Source: Gammaproteobacteria bacterium
Lineage (GTDB): Bacteria > Pseudomonadota > Gammaproteobacteria > Steroidobacterales > Steroidobacteraceae
DNA length: 51,026 nt
Reading direction: 5' to 3'
Assembly (NCBI GenBank): GCA_025355445.1
Contig: JANXZQ010000236.1
Span: forward strand, 1-51,026
The notes beneath the pieces were generated by a model. The model made no database searches. It saw only the letters and a program-made list of their open reading frames with translations, and was not told where the DNA came from. A program made the position numbers and the translations under genes. This document shows positions 9,238-17,469 of the stretch, one piece after another. The number at the start of each line of letters is the position of its first letter. The stretch's first letter is position 1.

Positions 9238-9630
9238 ATGTCCGTCAATAGCATTTCGGGCTTAGCGCCCATGTACCTTAAAAGCACCACAAACGTCGGC
9301 CAAACAAGCAGCAAGGTTCTTTGGGCGCAATTGGGGAAGGACCTTAGCGCCGGCAATCTCATCGGCGCGCAGAGCGCATTCGCGTCGCTGAAGCAGAATT
9401 ACAACCAGAACCATCCCAATGGCCCGCCGCCCGTCGCTACGGGCACGGCGACCCCTCTGCGCGACGACATTCAAAAATTGTCGCAGGCGCTGAGTGCCGG
9501 GAATCTGAGCGGCGCGCAGTCGGCATTTGTCCAACTCGCCACGGACTGGAAGTCAGCCAATCAGAGCAGCACGACGGAAACGTCGAGCTCGAGCGACGCT
9601 GCAACCGGTACCCTCAACGTGTTGGCGTGA
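9238..9630 (+). CDS. Hypothetical small protein with an internal repeat (LSAGNLxGAQSAFxxL, two copies)
   Basis: ATG at 9238. 'DLSAGNLIGAQSAFASLKQ' and 'ALSAGNLSGAQSAFVQLAT' are separated by a Pro/Gly-rich spacer, followed by a Ser/Thr-rich tail. No signal peptide. Confidence 0.65.
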   Translation: MSVNSISGLAPMYLKSTTNVGQTSSKVLWAQLGKDLSAGNLIGAQSAFASLKQNYNQNHPNGPPPVATGTATPLRDDIQKLSQALSAGNLSGAQSAFVQLATDWKSANQSSTTETSSSSDAATGTLNVLA

Positions 9631-9661
9631 TAGCGACCAATCTGCAAGCGACCGCAGGGAT

Positions 9662-9691
9662 CTGACGGCAGCGGCATTATTGGGCCGTCAG
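9662..9691 (+). terminator. Hairpin downstream of the 9238..9630 gene (no U-tract)
   Basis: CTGACGGC-N14-GCCGTCAG, an 8-bp stem 32 nt after the stop codon. No T-run follows it. Confidence 0.3.
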
Positions 9692-9852
9692 CTCGGGCCG
9701 TGGGGTCATGCGAAGTGCAGCGTGGCGGAGTCCCAGTCGGTGCTGCGTATCCTGGTGCGCCTACTCGATTGCGTGCATGATAGCCGCAGACATTGAATTC
9801 ACGTCGTGCGGATGATCGGACCTGTCATTCGCGGTACTCGAGCGGAGGGGCT

Positions 9853-10208
9853 ATGAAGCGTGTTTTCAGCAATATCGCCCTGTCGGTCGGACTTGCTGCG
9901 TTTGTTTCCGCCGCCCATGCGGACCCGATCTTCACGCCGATCCTGACGGTCAATTGCTTCGGCTTTGGCGTTTGTGCCCCCGGCATACCAGTCACGCAGA
10001 TGGTCGAAACAGCCCCGGGGCAGTTCACCGGCGTGATGTACATGCTGTCGTCGACGGGCGAGTTCGGCCAAGGCTACGTCATCATTTCAAGATCCGCGCT
10101 GCGGAGTACCTGGAAGTCACGGTCCCGAAGCGCCCGATGGTCGGAAATGTTGTCGTGACCACACCGAACGGAACAGCGACCAGCTCCTTCAAGTTGTACA
10201 TCCTTTGA
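9853..10208 (+). pseudogene. Secreted hypothetical protein, apparently frameshifted near 10080-10090
   Basis: SD GGAGGGG followed by ATG at 9853, with signal peptide 'MKRVFSNIALSVGLAAFVSAAHA'. After 'GQGYVII', GC3 drops in this frame. Another frame has high GC3 and reads 'FKIRAAEYLEVTVPKRPMVGNVVVTTPNGTATSSFKLYIL', an IPT/TIG-like beta-strand ending. Confidence 0.45.
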
Positions 10209-10276
10209 AGCTTTCTCATATGAATTCCCGCAGCGTCGCTCCTAGCAGCGGTGGCAACAACTCCTAAGGACCTCCA

Positions 10277-11521
10277 ATGATACGAAAAAACTGGCTACTG
10301 CCGCTCAGCCTCGTTTCGCTGGTCCTTGCCGGCACCTGTCTCGCCCAAGAACAGGTATCGACGCGGCCGCGGGTCAGAACCATCACGGCGTTTGTGCGCT
10401 TGAGCGATCCCTTCGATGCGCAGGTGAGTGAGGCGTTGAAAGTTCTCAGAGAGGCGAAGTCCGAGTTCGAACAGCGCGGCTACGAAGTCCAAACCATACG
10501 CATCGTGACGCAGCCGCTGGCGGAACTGGTGCTCGGCAAGACCGACGAGCAGGCATTGGCGTTCCTCAGGCGTTTCGATGAGCTCTCCGCGAAGGAGAAT
10601 TTCATGCCCAATGTAGGACCAGCGATGCTCAAGGATTCGGACGATCCGAAGACCATGCATCTGCTGGCGCGCGTGCTATCCACGTTGCCGCATATCAATG
10701 CAAGTTCGATTCTCGCGGACGACGATGGCATTCATTGGAAAACGGTGCGGGAAACCGCAGCGCTGGTGCGCTATGTCACCGATCACAGTCCGCACAGCCA
10801 GGGGAATTTCAATTTCACGGCCAGCGCCATGCTCAAACCCTTGGGTCCCTTCTATCCGGGTACTTATCACACGGGGGGCGGCCATCAGTTTTCCATCGGT
10901 TTCGAGTCCGCTAACGTGGTGCAGGCGGTGTTTGCCCGAACGCACGGCAATTTCGATGAATCCGTGACCGCGCTGACCCACGCGTTGACCGTGCACGCGA
11001 AGATCGCCGAGGCGGTCGGCAATAAAATTGCCGCGGCGAGCGGCTGGATTTTTACGGGAGTGGACCCGACTCCGGCGCCGCTCGGAGATGTGTCCATCGG
11101 CGCCGCCGTGGAGGCTTACACGGGAGCAAAATTCGGGTCGAGCGGCACACTGACCGCGGCGCTGATCATCACCACCGCAGTCAAAGCGGTGCCGGTGAAG
11201 CAAATCGGCTACTCCGGCTTAATGGTGCCTGTGATGGAGGACAAGTTGCTTGCGCAGCGTTGGGCCGATGGCACGATCAGCACCGATACATTGCTTGCCT
11301 ATTCGGCGGTGTGCGGCACGGGACTGGATACGATTCCCTATCCGGGCGATATCAGCGAGGCGCAGCTGGCCCGCATCTTCGGCGACGTGGCCTCGCTGGC
11401 ATTCAAATGGCATAAGCCGCTGTCCGCCCGGCTACTGCCGGTGAAGGGAAAGAAGGCCGGCGAAATGACCGGGTTCTCCAGTCAATACCTATTCAACACT
11501 CAGCTGCATGCCTTGCCTTAG
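10277..11521 (+). CDS. DUF711 (UPF0210) family protein with N-terminal signal peptide
   Basis: 'VRTITAF', 'GVDPTPAPLGD', 'GTLTAALI', 'GYSGLMVPVMED', 'SAVCGTGLDTIPYPGD' and 'ARLLPVKGKKAGE' align with remembered DUF711 blocks. The N-terminus 'MIRKNWLLPLSLVSLVLAGTCLA' looks like a signal peptide. Confidence 0.8.
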   Translation: MIRKNWLLPLSLVSLVLAGTCLAQEQVSTRPRVRTITAFVRLSDPFDAQVSEALKVLREAKSEFEQRGYEVQTIRIVTQPLAELVLGKTDEQALAFLRRFDELSAKENFMPNVGPAMLKDSDDPKTMHLLARVLSTLPHINASSILADDDGIHWKTVRETAALVRYVTDHSPHSQGNFNFTASAMLKPLGPFYPGTYHTGGGHQFSIGFESANVVQAVFARTHGNFDESVTALTHALTVHAKIAEAVGNKIAAASGWIFTGVDPTPAPLGDVSIGAAVEAYTGAKFGSSGTLTAALIITTAVKAVPVKQIGYSGLMVPVMEDKLLAQRWADGTISTDTLLAYSAVCGTGLDTIPYPGDISEAQLARIFGDVASLAFKWHKPLSARLLPVKGKKAGEMTGFSSQYLFNTQLHALP

Positions 11522-11540
11522 GTACGGGTAAGAGACGCAA

Positions 11541-13661
11541 ATGGCGATTCGAAAATGTATTGCCGCCTGTGCGATGACCTTGCTGGTGCTCGGCGCGCAA
11601 GCGGCGCGCGCAACGGGATTTACCATCAAACAGGTCCTGAGCGCGCCGTTTGCGGCAGTCATCGTGGCGGCGCCGACCGGAAGCGATTTCGCCTGGGTCA
11701 GCAATGTGGCCGGTCATCGCAATGTGTGGCTGGCGGCATCGAATCCCGGCAGCACGGCGTGGACGCCGCGGCCGCTCACGCGGTATTCGGCCGACGACGG
11801 GCTCGATGTCACGGAACTGGCGTTTATCCCACACCACGCCCAACTGCTGTATGTGCTGGGCGGGGACGCTGAGTATCCCGATAAGCCGGCACCGAATCCA
11901 GCGCAGCTGACTGCTGGGGTTGAGCAGGAGGTTTACGTGGTCGGGTTGCGGGGCGGTGTACCGTTAAGATTGGGCGCTGGGCATGCGCCGCTGGCGTCAC
12001 CGGGCGGCGATCGCGTAGTGTTCTTGCACCACGGCGAGGTCTATACCGTCGAGCCGCGCAACGGCGCAAAGCCTGTGCAGCTCTTCAAGATACGCGGCTC
12101 CGCGGGTTCTTTGCGCTTCTCACCGGACGGTCGCAAGCTGGCGTTCGTCAGCGATCGCGGTGATCACAGCTTTGTCGGCGTATACACCTTCTCTGACAAA
12201 TCGCTTGCCTGGATAGACGCTAGTTTGTCGCTGGACTTAGAGCCGCGCTGGTCGCCCGATGGCACACGCATCGCGTTCCTGCGCATACCCTCGACCCACG
12301 ACGAGGTGGGGCTGGGCCCGCACCGTATCGGCGCGCCCTGGTCTATTCGTGTTGCAACCCTGACCGGGTCGAGCGTCACGGAGGTGTACCGCGCCCCGCG
12401 AGGTGACGGCAGCGTGTTCCATGCATTGAGCTCGGATGTACAGCTCATCTGGATCGGCGATAGTCTGGTGTTCCCTGCCGAGAATGACGGCTGGCTGCAC
12501 CTGTATTCGGTGTCTGCGAAAGGGGGCGATTTACATCTTTTGACGCCAGGTTCATTCGAGATCGAGTACGCGGCGGCAAGCGCGGACGGTGCCCGCATCG
12601 TTTACGCCGGCAATGAAGGGGATGGGGACCGCCGTCACCTATGGCAACTGCGGGTCCCTGGCGGCAGCCCCGAACAGTTGACTCGCGGTTCAGGAATCGA
12701 GACCCAGCCAGTCGTGATAGGCGACGGCTCAGCCGTAGCGTTCCTGCGGTCCGACGTTCGCATTCCGGCGCACGCCGCGGTGCTCGAGCCGGGCAAGCCA
12801 CCTATCGATTTCCTGGCCGAGGGTATCCCTGCGGATTTTCCCGGGGCTGAGCTGGTGACGCCGGTGTCGGTGCTGCTGCCGGAGCGGGCGGGTATTGCCG
12901 CGCACGCACAGCTATTCCTACCGCCGTCAGGCGCCTCCAATGCGCGTCATCCGGCGGCGATATTCTTGCACGGCGGCCCTGTCAGGCAGATGCTCGCGGG
13001 CTGGCACTACATGGATTACTACAGCAACGCCTATGGCATGAACCAGTATCTGGCGAGCCGCGGCTATGTGGTGCTTGCCCTCAACTACCGCGCGGGCATT
13101 GGCTATGGCCTAAACTTTCGCGAGGCAGACGGCATCGGCGCCGCCGGCGCCGCCGAATACAATGACCTGCTGGCGGCCGCCGCATTGCTGCGCGCGCGCG
13201 CTGATGTGGATCCGGCGCGTATCGGGCTATGGGGCGGCAGCTATGGCGGCTACATGACGGCACTCGGGCTGGCGCGGGACTCGGATCTGTTCTCCGCCGG
13301 GGTCGATCTGCACGGCGTGCACGATTGGCATCACTGGACTCTGGCCGACCGCGCCAACCTGCCGCTCTACGAACTCGACGCACCGGCGCCGCTGCGCGCT
13401 ACAGCCCTGGCGGCGTCACCTATTAGTTCGGTCGCTGGATGGCGCTCTCCTGTGCTGCTGATCCACGGCGACGACGATCACAACGTCGCGTTCTCCGAAT
13501 CGGTGCGGCTTGCCGAGGCGCTGCGCGGCCAAGGGGTGGAGTACTCGGAACTCGTGTTCCCGGATGAGATTCACGGCTTCCTGCGGCACGCGAGCTGGCT
13601 GCGAGCCTATGCGGCGGCCGCTGAGTTCCTGGACAGCAAACTCGCGCCACGCCCCAATTAG
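11541..13661 (+). CDS. S9 family serine peptidase (prolyl oligopeptidase / acylaminoacyl-peptidase type) with N-terminal beta-propeller
   Basis: Signal peptide present, with TolB/WD40-like repeats ('FSPDGRKLAFVSDR', 'WSPDGTRIAFLR'). The catalytic motifs are 'GLWGGSYGGYMT', 'LLIHGDDDHNV' and 'DEIHGF'. Confidence 0.88.
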   Translation: MAIRKCIAACAMTLLVLGAQAARATGFTIKQVLSAPFAAVIVAAPTGSDFAWVSNVAGHRNVWLAASNPGSTAWTPRPLTRYSADDGLDVTELAFIPHHAQLLYVLGGDAEYPDKPAPNPAQLTAGVEQEVYVVGLRGGVPLRLGAGHAPLASPGGDRVVFLHHGEVYTVEPRNGAKPVQLFKIRGSAGSLRFSPDGRKLAFVSDRGDHSFVGVYTFSDKSLAWIDASLSLDLEPRWSPDGTRIAFLRIPSTHDEVGLGPHRIGAPWSIRVATLTGSSVTEVYRAPRGDGSVFHALSSDVQLIWIGDSLVFPAENDGWLHLYSVSAKGGDLHLLTPGSFEIEYAAASADGARIVYAGNEGDGDRRHLWQLRVPGGSPEQLTRGSGIETQPVVIGDGSAVAFLRSDVRIPAHAAVLEPGKPPIDFLAEGIPADFPGAELVTPVSVLLPERAGIAAHAQLFLPPSGASNARHPAAIFLHGGPVRQMLAGWHYMDYYSNAYGMNQYLASRGYVVLALNYRAGIGYGLNFREADGIGAAGAAEYNDLLAAAALLRARADVDPARIGLWGGSYGGYMTALGLARDSDLFSAGVDLHGVHDWHHWTLADRANLPLYELDAPAPLRATALAASPISSVAGWRSPVLLIHGDDDHNVAFSESVRLAEALRGQGVEYSELVFPDEIHGFLRHASWLRAYAAAAEFLDSKLAPRPN

Positions 13662-15565
13662 GCCAGCACCTCGAGAACTTGCGCAAGCGCGCGCCGCGAT
13701 TCTTTCGCCGCGTGTCCCCAACTCTGTCGGCCCGACAGCTCACTGTGGCCGAAGGCGATTCGGCCATGGCGCTCGCGAATGACCTCGAGCGGCGCGGGGT
13801 TGCCGGACGATCCGAAATAGAATCCCGGTTGAGGCGCGATGTAGGCGTGCCCCCAGCGGTTAATGATCACGCCCGCGATGTCGCGCCGGGCATCGAATCC
13901 GGCGCTGCCCAACATCTGCTGCAGCTGCCTTCGGATCTGCAGTTCGAAATCCGCGTAGGGGGTGCCGAACAACCGGGCTCGCCCGGCGCTGGTCTGAGCT
14001 CCGATCGGAACCCCGGACTGGGGGAATCCCACATAGAACGTCAGCATCGCCGGCTTCGACGGGTCGAGCGGCACCGCAGCCCCGTTGATCTTCATCGGCT
14101 GGCGAACGTTGACGAAGAAACCGAAGCCATCGAACCAATGCGCGGCGGAAATGCCGAGTTTCGCGAACGCCTTCCAATTGTGCACAGCCACGTTGGCGAC
14201 CAGGATCGACCCGTGATGAAATTGCGAGTACGCCGCGACATAGGACGCCGGTAAGTCACGCACGATGTGACGAGCGATCCAGCCGCCGGCCGCAACGATT
14301 ACGGCCTTGCCGCGGACGCGCGCGAGTTCTCTGCCGACGGCATAGGTGACGTTGACGCCGCTGGCGGTATCGGGCTTGCCGTCGTGCCGCACAGCGACCG
14401 CCGTCGCGCCGAGCCGAATGCGCGTATGCTGCGGCCGGTCGAGCGCGCCGAAATCGATGGGCGCGTAGAGAACGTCGGCAAATGAGTGTGTGCCGGTGAT
14501 CGCATCCGGCAACAGGGCTTTGACGATGTGCCGCAGTATCGCGGCATTGCCGCCGGGAAATGAGAACGTGTCGTCACTGAGAATATTGTCGCCCGTCCCC
14601 GGCAGGCCGAGCAATTTTGCGCCGTACGCGGAAACCGCGTCTGAACTGACTCCATAATCGCCGGTCGCCACCAGCGGATCGGACAGCCGGAATACGTCCT
14701 TGGACAGGCCGAGTTCACGGACGATCAGATCGCCGTAGGACATTGAGTCCAGCCATCGATTCGTCGCGGCCTCATCGCCGCGAGTGAGCACAGGCGAGTG
14801 TTTCTTCCATTGCAGCCAATTGCGGCGGGCCTCCACGGAAATCGGCGCACGGCGCAAATCATCCGACCACGGATCGACCACCCACGCGCGTTTTGAGGCG
14901 AAGGGTGTGTCGAAGAAATAACCCACCGACGCCGAATCCTCGTTCCAATACATCGGATCGTAATTGTCCCGCGCAAATTTCAGCGGCTTGGCGGCTCCGG
15001 TGGGATCGATGAAGTCGTAGGCGCGCGGCATGCCGATCTCGTCCCAAAGCCCGGCGACATGCGCGTAGTTATTGTCCGCGCGCGGCACGATGGCATCGTT
15101 TGAACCCTGTGGGCCGGTGAGCATCACGCCATCGACCAGCATCTGGTTCTGCTTGGCTTCGCCGCCGAACACCGGATGGTTGTCGAGAACGAGGCAGCGC
15201 GAGTTCGGTCGCGCCTTGTGGAATTCGTAGGCAGCAATCAGGCCGGCGAAGCCGCCGCCGACGATGATGAGGTCGTACGGCTCATCGACAACCGGCGCCG
15301 AATCGATCCTGCCTTCGTAGATGCCGTCGCGGACACCGTGCGCCGCATTGACGACGGAAGCGATGTTGCCATTCGAGCGGCTGTAATCGCCGACGCCGGC
15401 GTACCCATTCCACGGTGCCCCAAGACCTTGCGCGAATACGGGCGCCGCCGCGCCCAGCAGAATTGCTCCGGAGCCAACCAGTGTCGCGCCTACGAAATCA
15501 CGCCGAGTAATCTTCGCATCGAGTCCTAAGGACCGAGCTTCACCGGACGCCGGGCGAGTCTCCAT
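13658..15565 (-). CDS. Tat-exported FAD-dependent oxidoreductase (amine-oxidase-like)
   Basis: Twin-arginine motif 'ITRRDFVGATLVGSGAILLGAAAPVFA' and dinucleotide fold 'DLIIVGGGFAGLIAAYEF'. The length and architecture recall spermidine-dehydrogenase-type enzymes, but that is not asserted. Confidence 0.82.
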   Translation of the reverse strand: METRPASGEARSLGLDAKITRRDFVGATLVGSGAILLGAAAPVFAQGLGAPWNGYAGVGDYSRSNGNIASVVNAAHGVRDGIYEGRIDSAPVVDEPYDLIIVGGGFAGLIAAYEFHKARPNSRCLVLDNHPVFGGEAKQNQMLVDGVMLTGPQGSNDAIVPRADNNYAHVAGLWDEIGMPRAYDFIDPTGAAKPLKFARDNYDPMYWNEDSASVGYFFDTPFASKRAWVVDPWSDDLRRAPISVEARRNWLQWKKHSPVLTRGDEAATNRWLDSMSYGDLIVRELGLSKDVFRLSDPLVATGDYGVSSDAVSAYGAKLLGLPGTGDNILSDDTFSFPGGNAAILRHIVKALLPDAITGTHSFADVLYAPIDFGALDRPQHTRIRLGATAVAVRHDGKPDTASGVNVTYAVGRELARVRGKAVIVAAGGWIARHIVRDLPASYVAAYSQFHHGSILVANVAVHNWKAFAKLGISAAHWFDGFGFFVNVRQPMKINGAAVPLDPSKPAMLTFYVGFPQSGVPIGAQTSAGRARLFGTPYADFELQIRRQLQQMLGSAGFDARRDIAGVIINRWGHAYIAPQPGFYFGSSGNPAPLEVIRERHGRIAFGHSELSGRQSWGHAAKESRRALAQVLEVLA

Positions 15566-15613
15566 GGGGGATCAGCCTAACATGGCACCCAGACTCATTG
15601 GCTCCTGATTTGT

Positions 15614-16081
15614 CTAGGCGCTGCGGCCCAAAGTCCGGTATTTACCGCTGCGGTGTTCCATTTGCCATCGGGTGCTGGCGGCGCTCAGCAGCTTCTTCGC
15701 ACGATAGGAGTCCAGCTGCTGGATCCAAGCCGGCGATAGAAAATAATTTGCTTCGCCAATCAGCTCGCCCGCCTCGGCAGGGTCCAAAGTCTTGTGGCTC
15801 ATGGTCCAGCCCTCGAATGCGCGCTCGAGAATCGGCTCCCTCGAGATCAGCGCTACCTGGCCGTGCCTTTTGTCCGCGCGAATGGTTTCGAACACCGCCT
15901 CGACCATTCCCGCCTCACCTTCCAGGACCTGCACGAACGAACCGGCAATGTACAGAAGCATGCCCGTGAGTTCGCGCGCAGCGTTGGCGAGGCGCGCCTG
16001 TTTCAATAGCTCGGGAATTTCATGCTCGTGAAATTCTGCAGTCGCACGGCTAGCATAGATCACGCTAATCAGAGACTTCAT
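15614..16081 (-). CDS. BLUF domain protein (short blue-light FAD photoreceptor)
   Basis: A start at 16081 with SD AAGGGGG gives 'MKSLISVIYASRA..EIPELLKQARLANAARELTGMLLYIAGSFVQVLEGE..VEAVFETIRADKRH', the BLUF signature. Confidence 0.88.
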   Translation of the reverse strand: MKSLISVIYASRATAEFHEHEIPELLKQARLANAARELTGMLLYIAGSFVQVLEGEAGMVEAVFETIRADKRHGQVALISREPILERAFEGWTMSHKTLDPAEAGELIGEANYFLSPAWIQQLDSYRAKKLLSAASTRWQMEHRSGKYRTLGRSA

Positions 16082-16284
16082 CGACAACCCCCTTTTGCTA
16101 AAGCCCGGCGCGAGGATAGGAGTCATCTGCGGCGCCATCGAGTGAAATTGCGCAATTATGCGACCCACGTCTCAGCTCCTCAATTGAGGAAACCAATTGA
16201 CAGACCAAAAAGTTCCTCTATTCTTCGCGACGGGCCATCCGCTCCCAACGGCGGACGCTCATCTGTAAGGATGGGAGATATTTG

Positions 16285-17460
16285 ATGACACACTTTCCGC
16301 TGCCGGGCGTCCGGCCGGCTGATGCTCGATTCTCATCGGGCCCGACCAAGAAACGTCCCGGCTGGACTGTCCAAGCGCTCGAGGGAGCTGTGCTCGGCCG
16401 CTCGCACCGTTCGAAACCTGGAAAAGCCAAGCTCAAAGAGGCCATCGACCGCACCCGCTCGCTGTTAGGCGTGCCCGCAGATTTCAAGATCGCGATCGTG
16501 CCGGCCTCCGATACCGGCGCGATGGAAATGGCGCTGTGGTCGATGCTGGGGGCGCGTCCCGTCGACGTCTTTGCCTGGGAGAGCTTCGGCGAAGAATGGG
16601 TATCGGACGCCGTGGAGCAGTTGAAAATCGAGGACTGTCGAATCCACGTCGGTCGACCCTACGGAGTACTGCCGGAATTATCACAGGCCCGCCGCGAGGC
16701 CGACATCGTCTTCACGCAGAACGGAACGACTTCCGGAGCCAGGATTCCGAATTTCGACTGGATTCCGGCGGATCGCGCAGGCATCACGATCAACGATGCG
16801 ACCAGCGCCGTGTTTGCGCAGGAAATCGACTGGTCAAAATGCGATGTGGTGACATTTTCTTGGCAGAAAGTGCTGGGCGGGGAGGGGGCGCATGGCATGT
16901 TGATTCTCTCGCCGGGTGCGGTCGCCCGACTGGAGAGCTACGTACCGCCGCGGCCGCTGCCGAAGATTTTTCGCATGACCAAGAAAGGCAAACTGGACCA
17001 GGAGTTGTTCGAAGGCGCGACCATTAACACGCCGTCGTTGCTGGCGACGGAGGATTACCTTGACGCCCTGAGGTGGGCGGAGCGCGCCGGCGGTCTGGCC
17101 GCGCTTCAGGCGCGGGCGAATGGCAACGCCGGCGTCCTCGCGGACTGGGTCGCGCGAACGCCCTGGGTGGATTTCTTGGTGCCTGAAGCGCTCAATCGCA
17201 GCAATACCAGCGTCTGCCTCAAGGTGCTGGACCCGCGAGTGACCTCACTGCCGCACGCCGGTCAGGCGGAGTTCGCAAAGAATCTGGCCGCACTGCTCGA
17301 GAAGGAAGACGTTGCCCTCGACGCGGCGTCCTACCGTTCCGCGCCGCCGGGATTGCGTATCTGGTGCGGCGCTACCGTCGAACAGGATGACCTGCAGGCT
17401 CTCACGCCCTGGCTCGACTGGGCATTTGCCCATTGCCTTCTGAAGCTCAACGCTCGATAA
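16285..17460 (+). CDS. serC: Phosphoserine aminotransferase (long, SerC_2-type)
   Basis: 'RFSSGPTKKRPGW..LGRSHRS..GK..L..A..R.LLGVPADFKIAIVPASDTGAMEMALWS'. It sits immediately upstream of serA. SD GGGAGA precedes the ATG at 16285. Confidence 0.87.
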   Translation: MTHFPLPGVRPADARFSSGPTKKRPGWTVQALEGAVLGRSHRSKPGKAKLKEAIDRTRSLLGVPADFKIAIVPASDTGAMEMALWSMLGARPVDVFAWESFGEEWVSDAVEQLKIEDCRIHVGRPYGVLPELSQARREADIVFTQNGTTSGARIPNFDWIPADRAGITINDATSAVFAQEIDWSKCDVVTFSWQKVLGGEGAHGMLILSPGAVARLESYVPPRPLPKIFRMTKKGKLDQELFEGATINTPSLLATEDYLDALRWAERAGGLAALQARANGNAGVLADWVARTPWVDFLVPEALNRSNTSVCLKVLDPRVTSLPHAGQAEFAKNLAALLEKEDVALDAASYRSAPPGLRIWCGATVEQDDLQALTPWLDWAFAHCLLKLNAR

Positions 17461-17469
17461 GGATCCGCC

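Noticed and set aside
8640-9265. ORFs of 130 aa, 192 aa (+) and 90 aa (-) inside the 610-nt gap
   Set aside because: They are mutually overlapping, Arg/Gly/Cys-rich and lack SDs. The 192-aa ORF is simply the upstream extension of the 9238 gene's frame. A short conserved peptide cannot be excluded without comparative data.
13658-15565. Naming the Tat flavoprotein as spermidine dehydrogenase (SpdH)
   Set aside because: The size, the Tat signal and the FAD fold fit, but I cannot verify sequence-level identity without a search. Only the generic call is retained.
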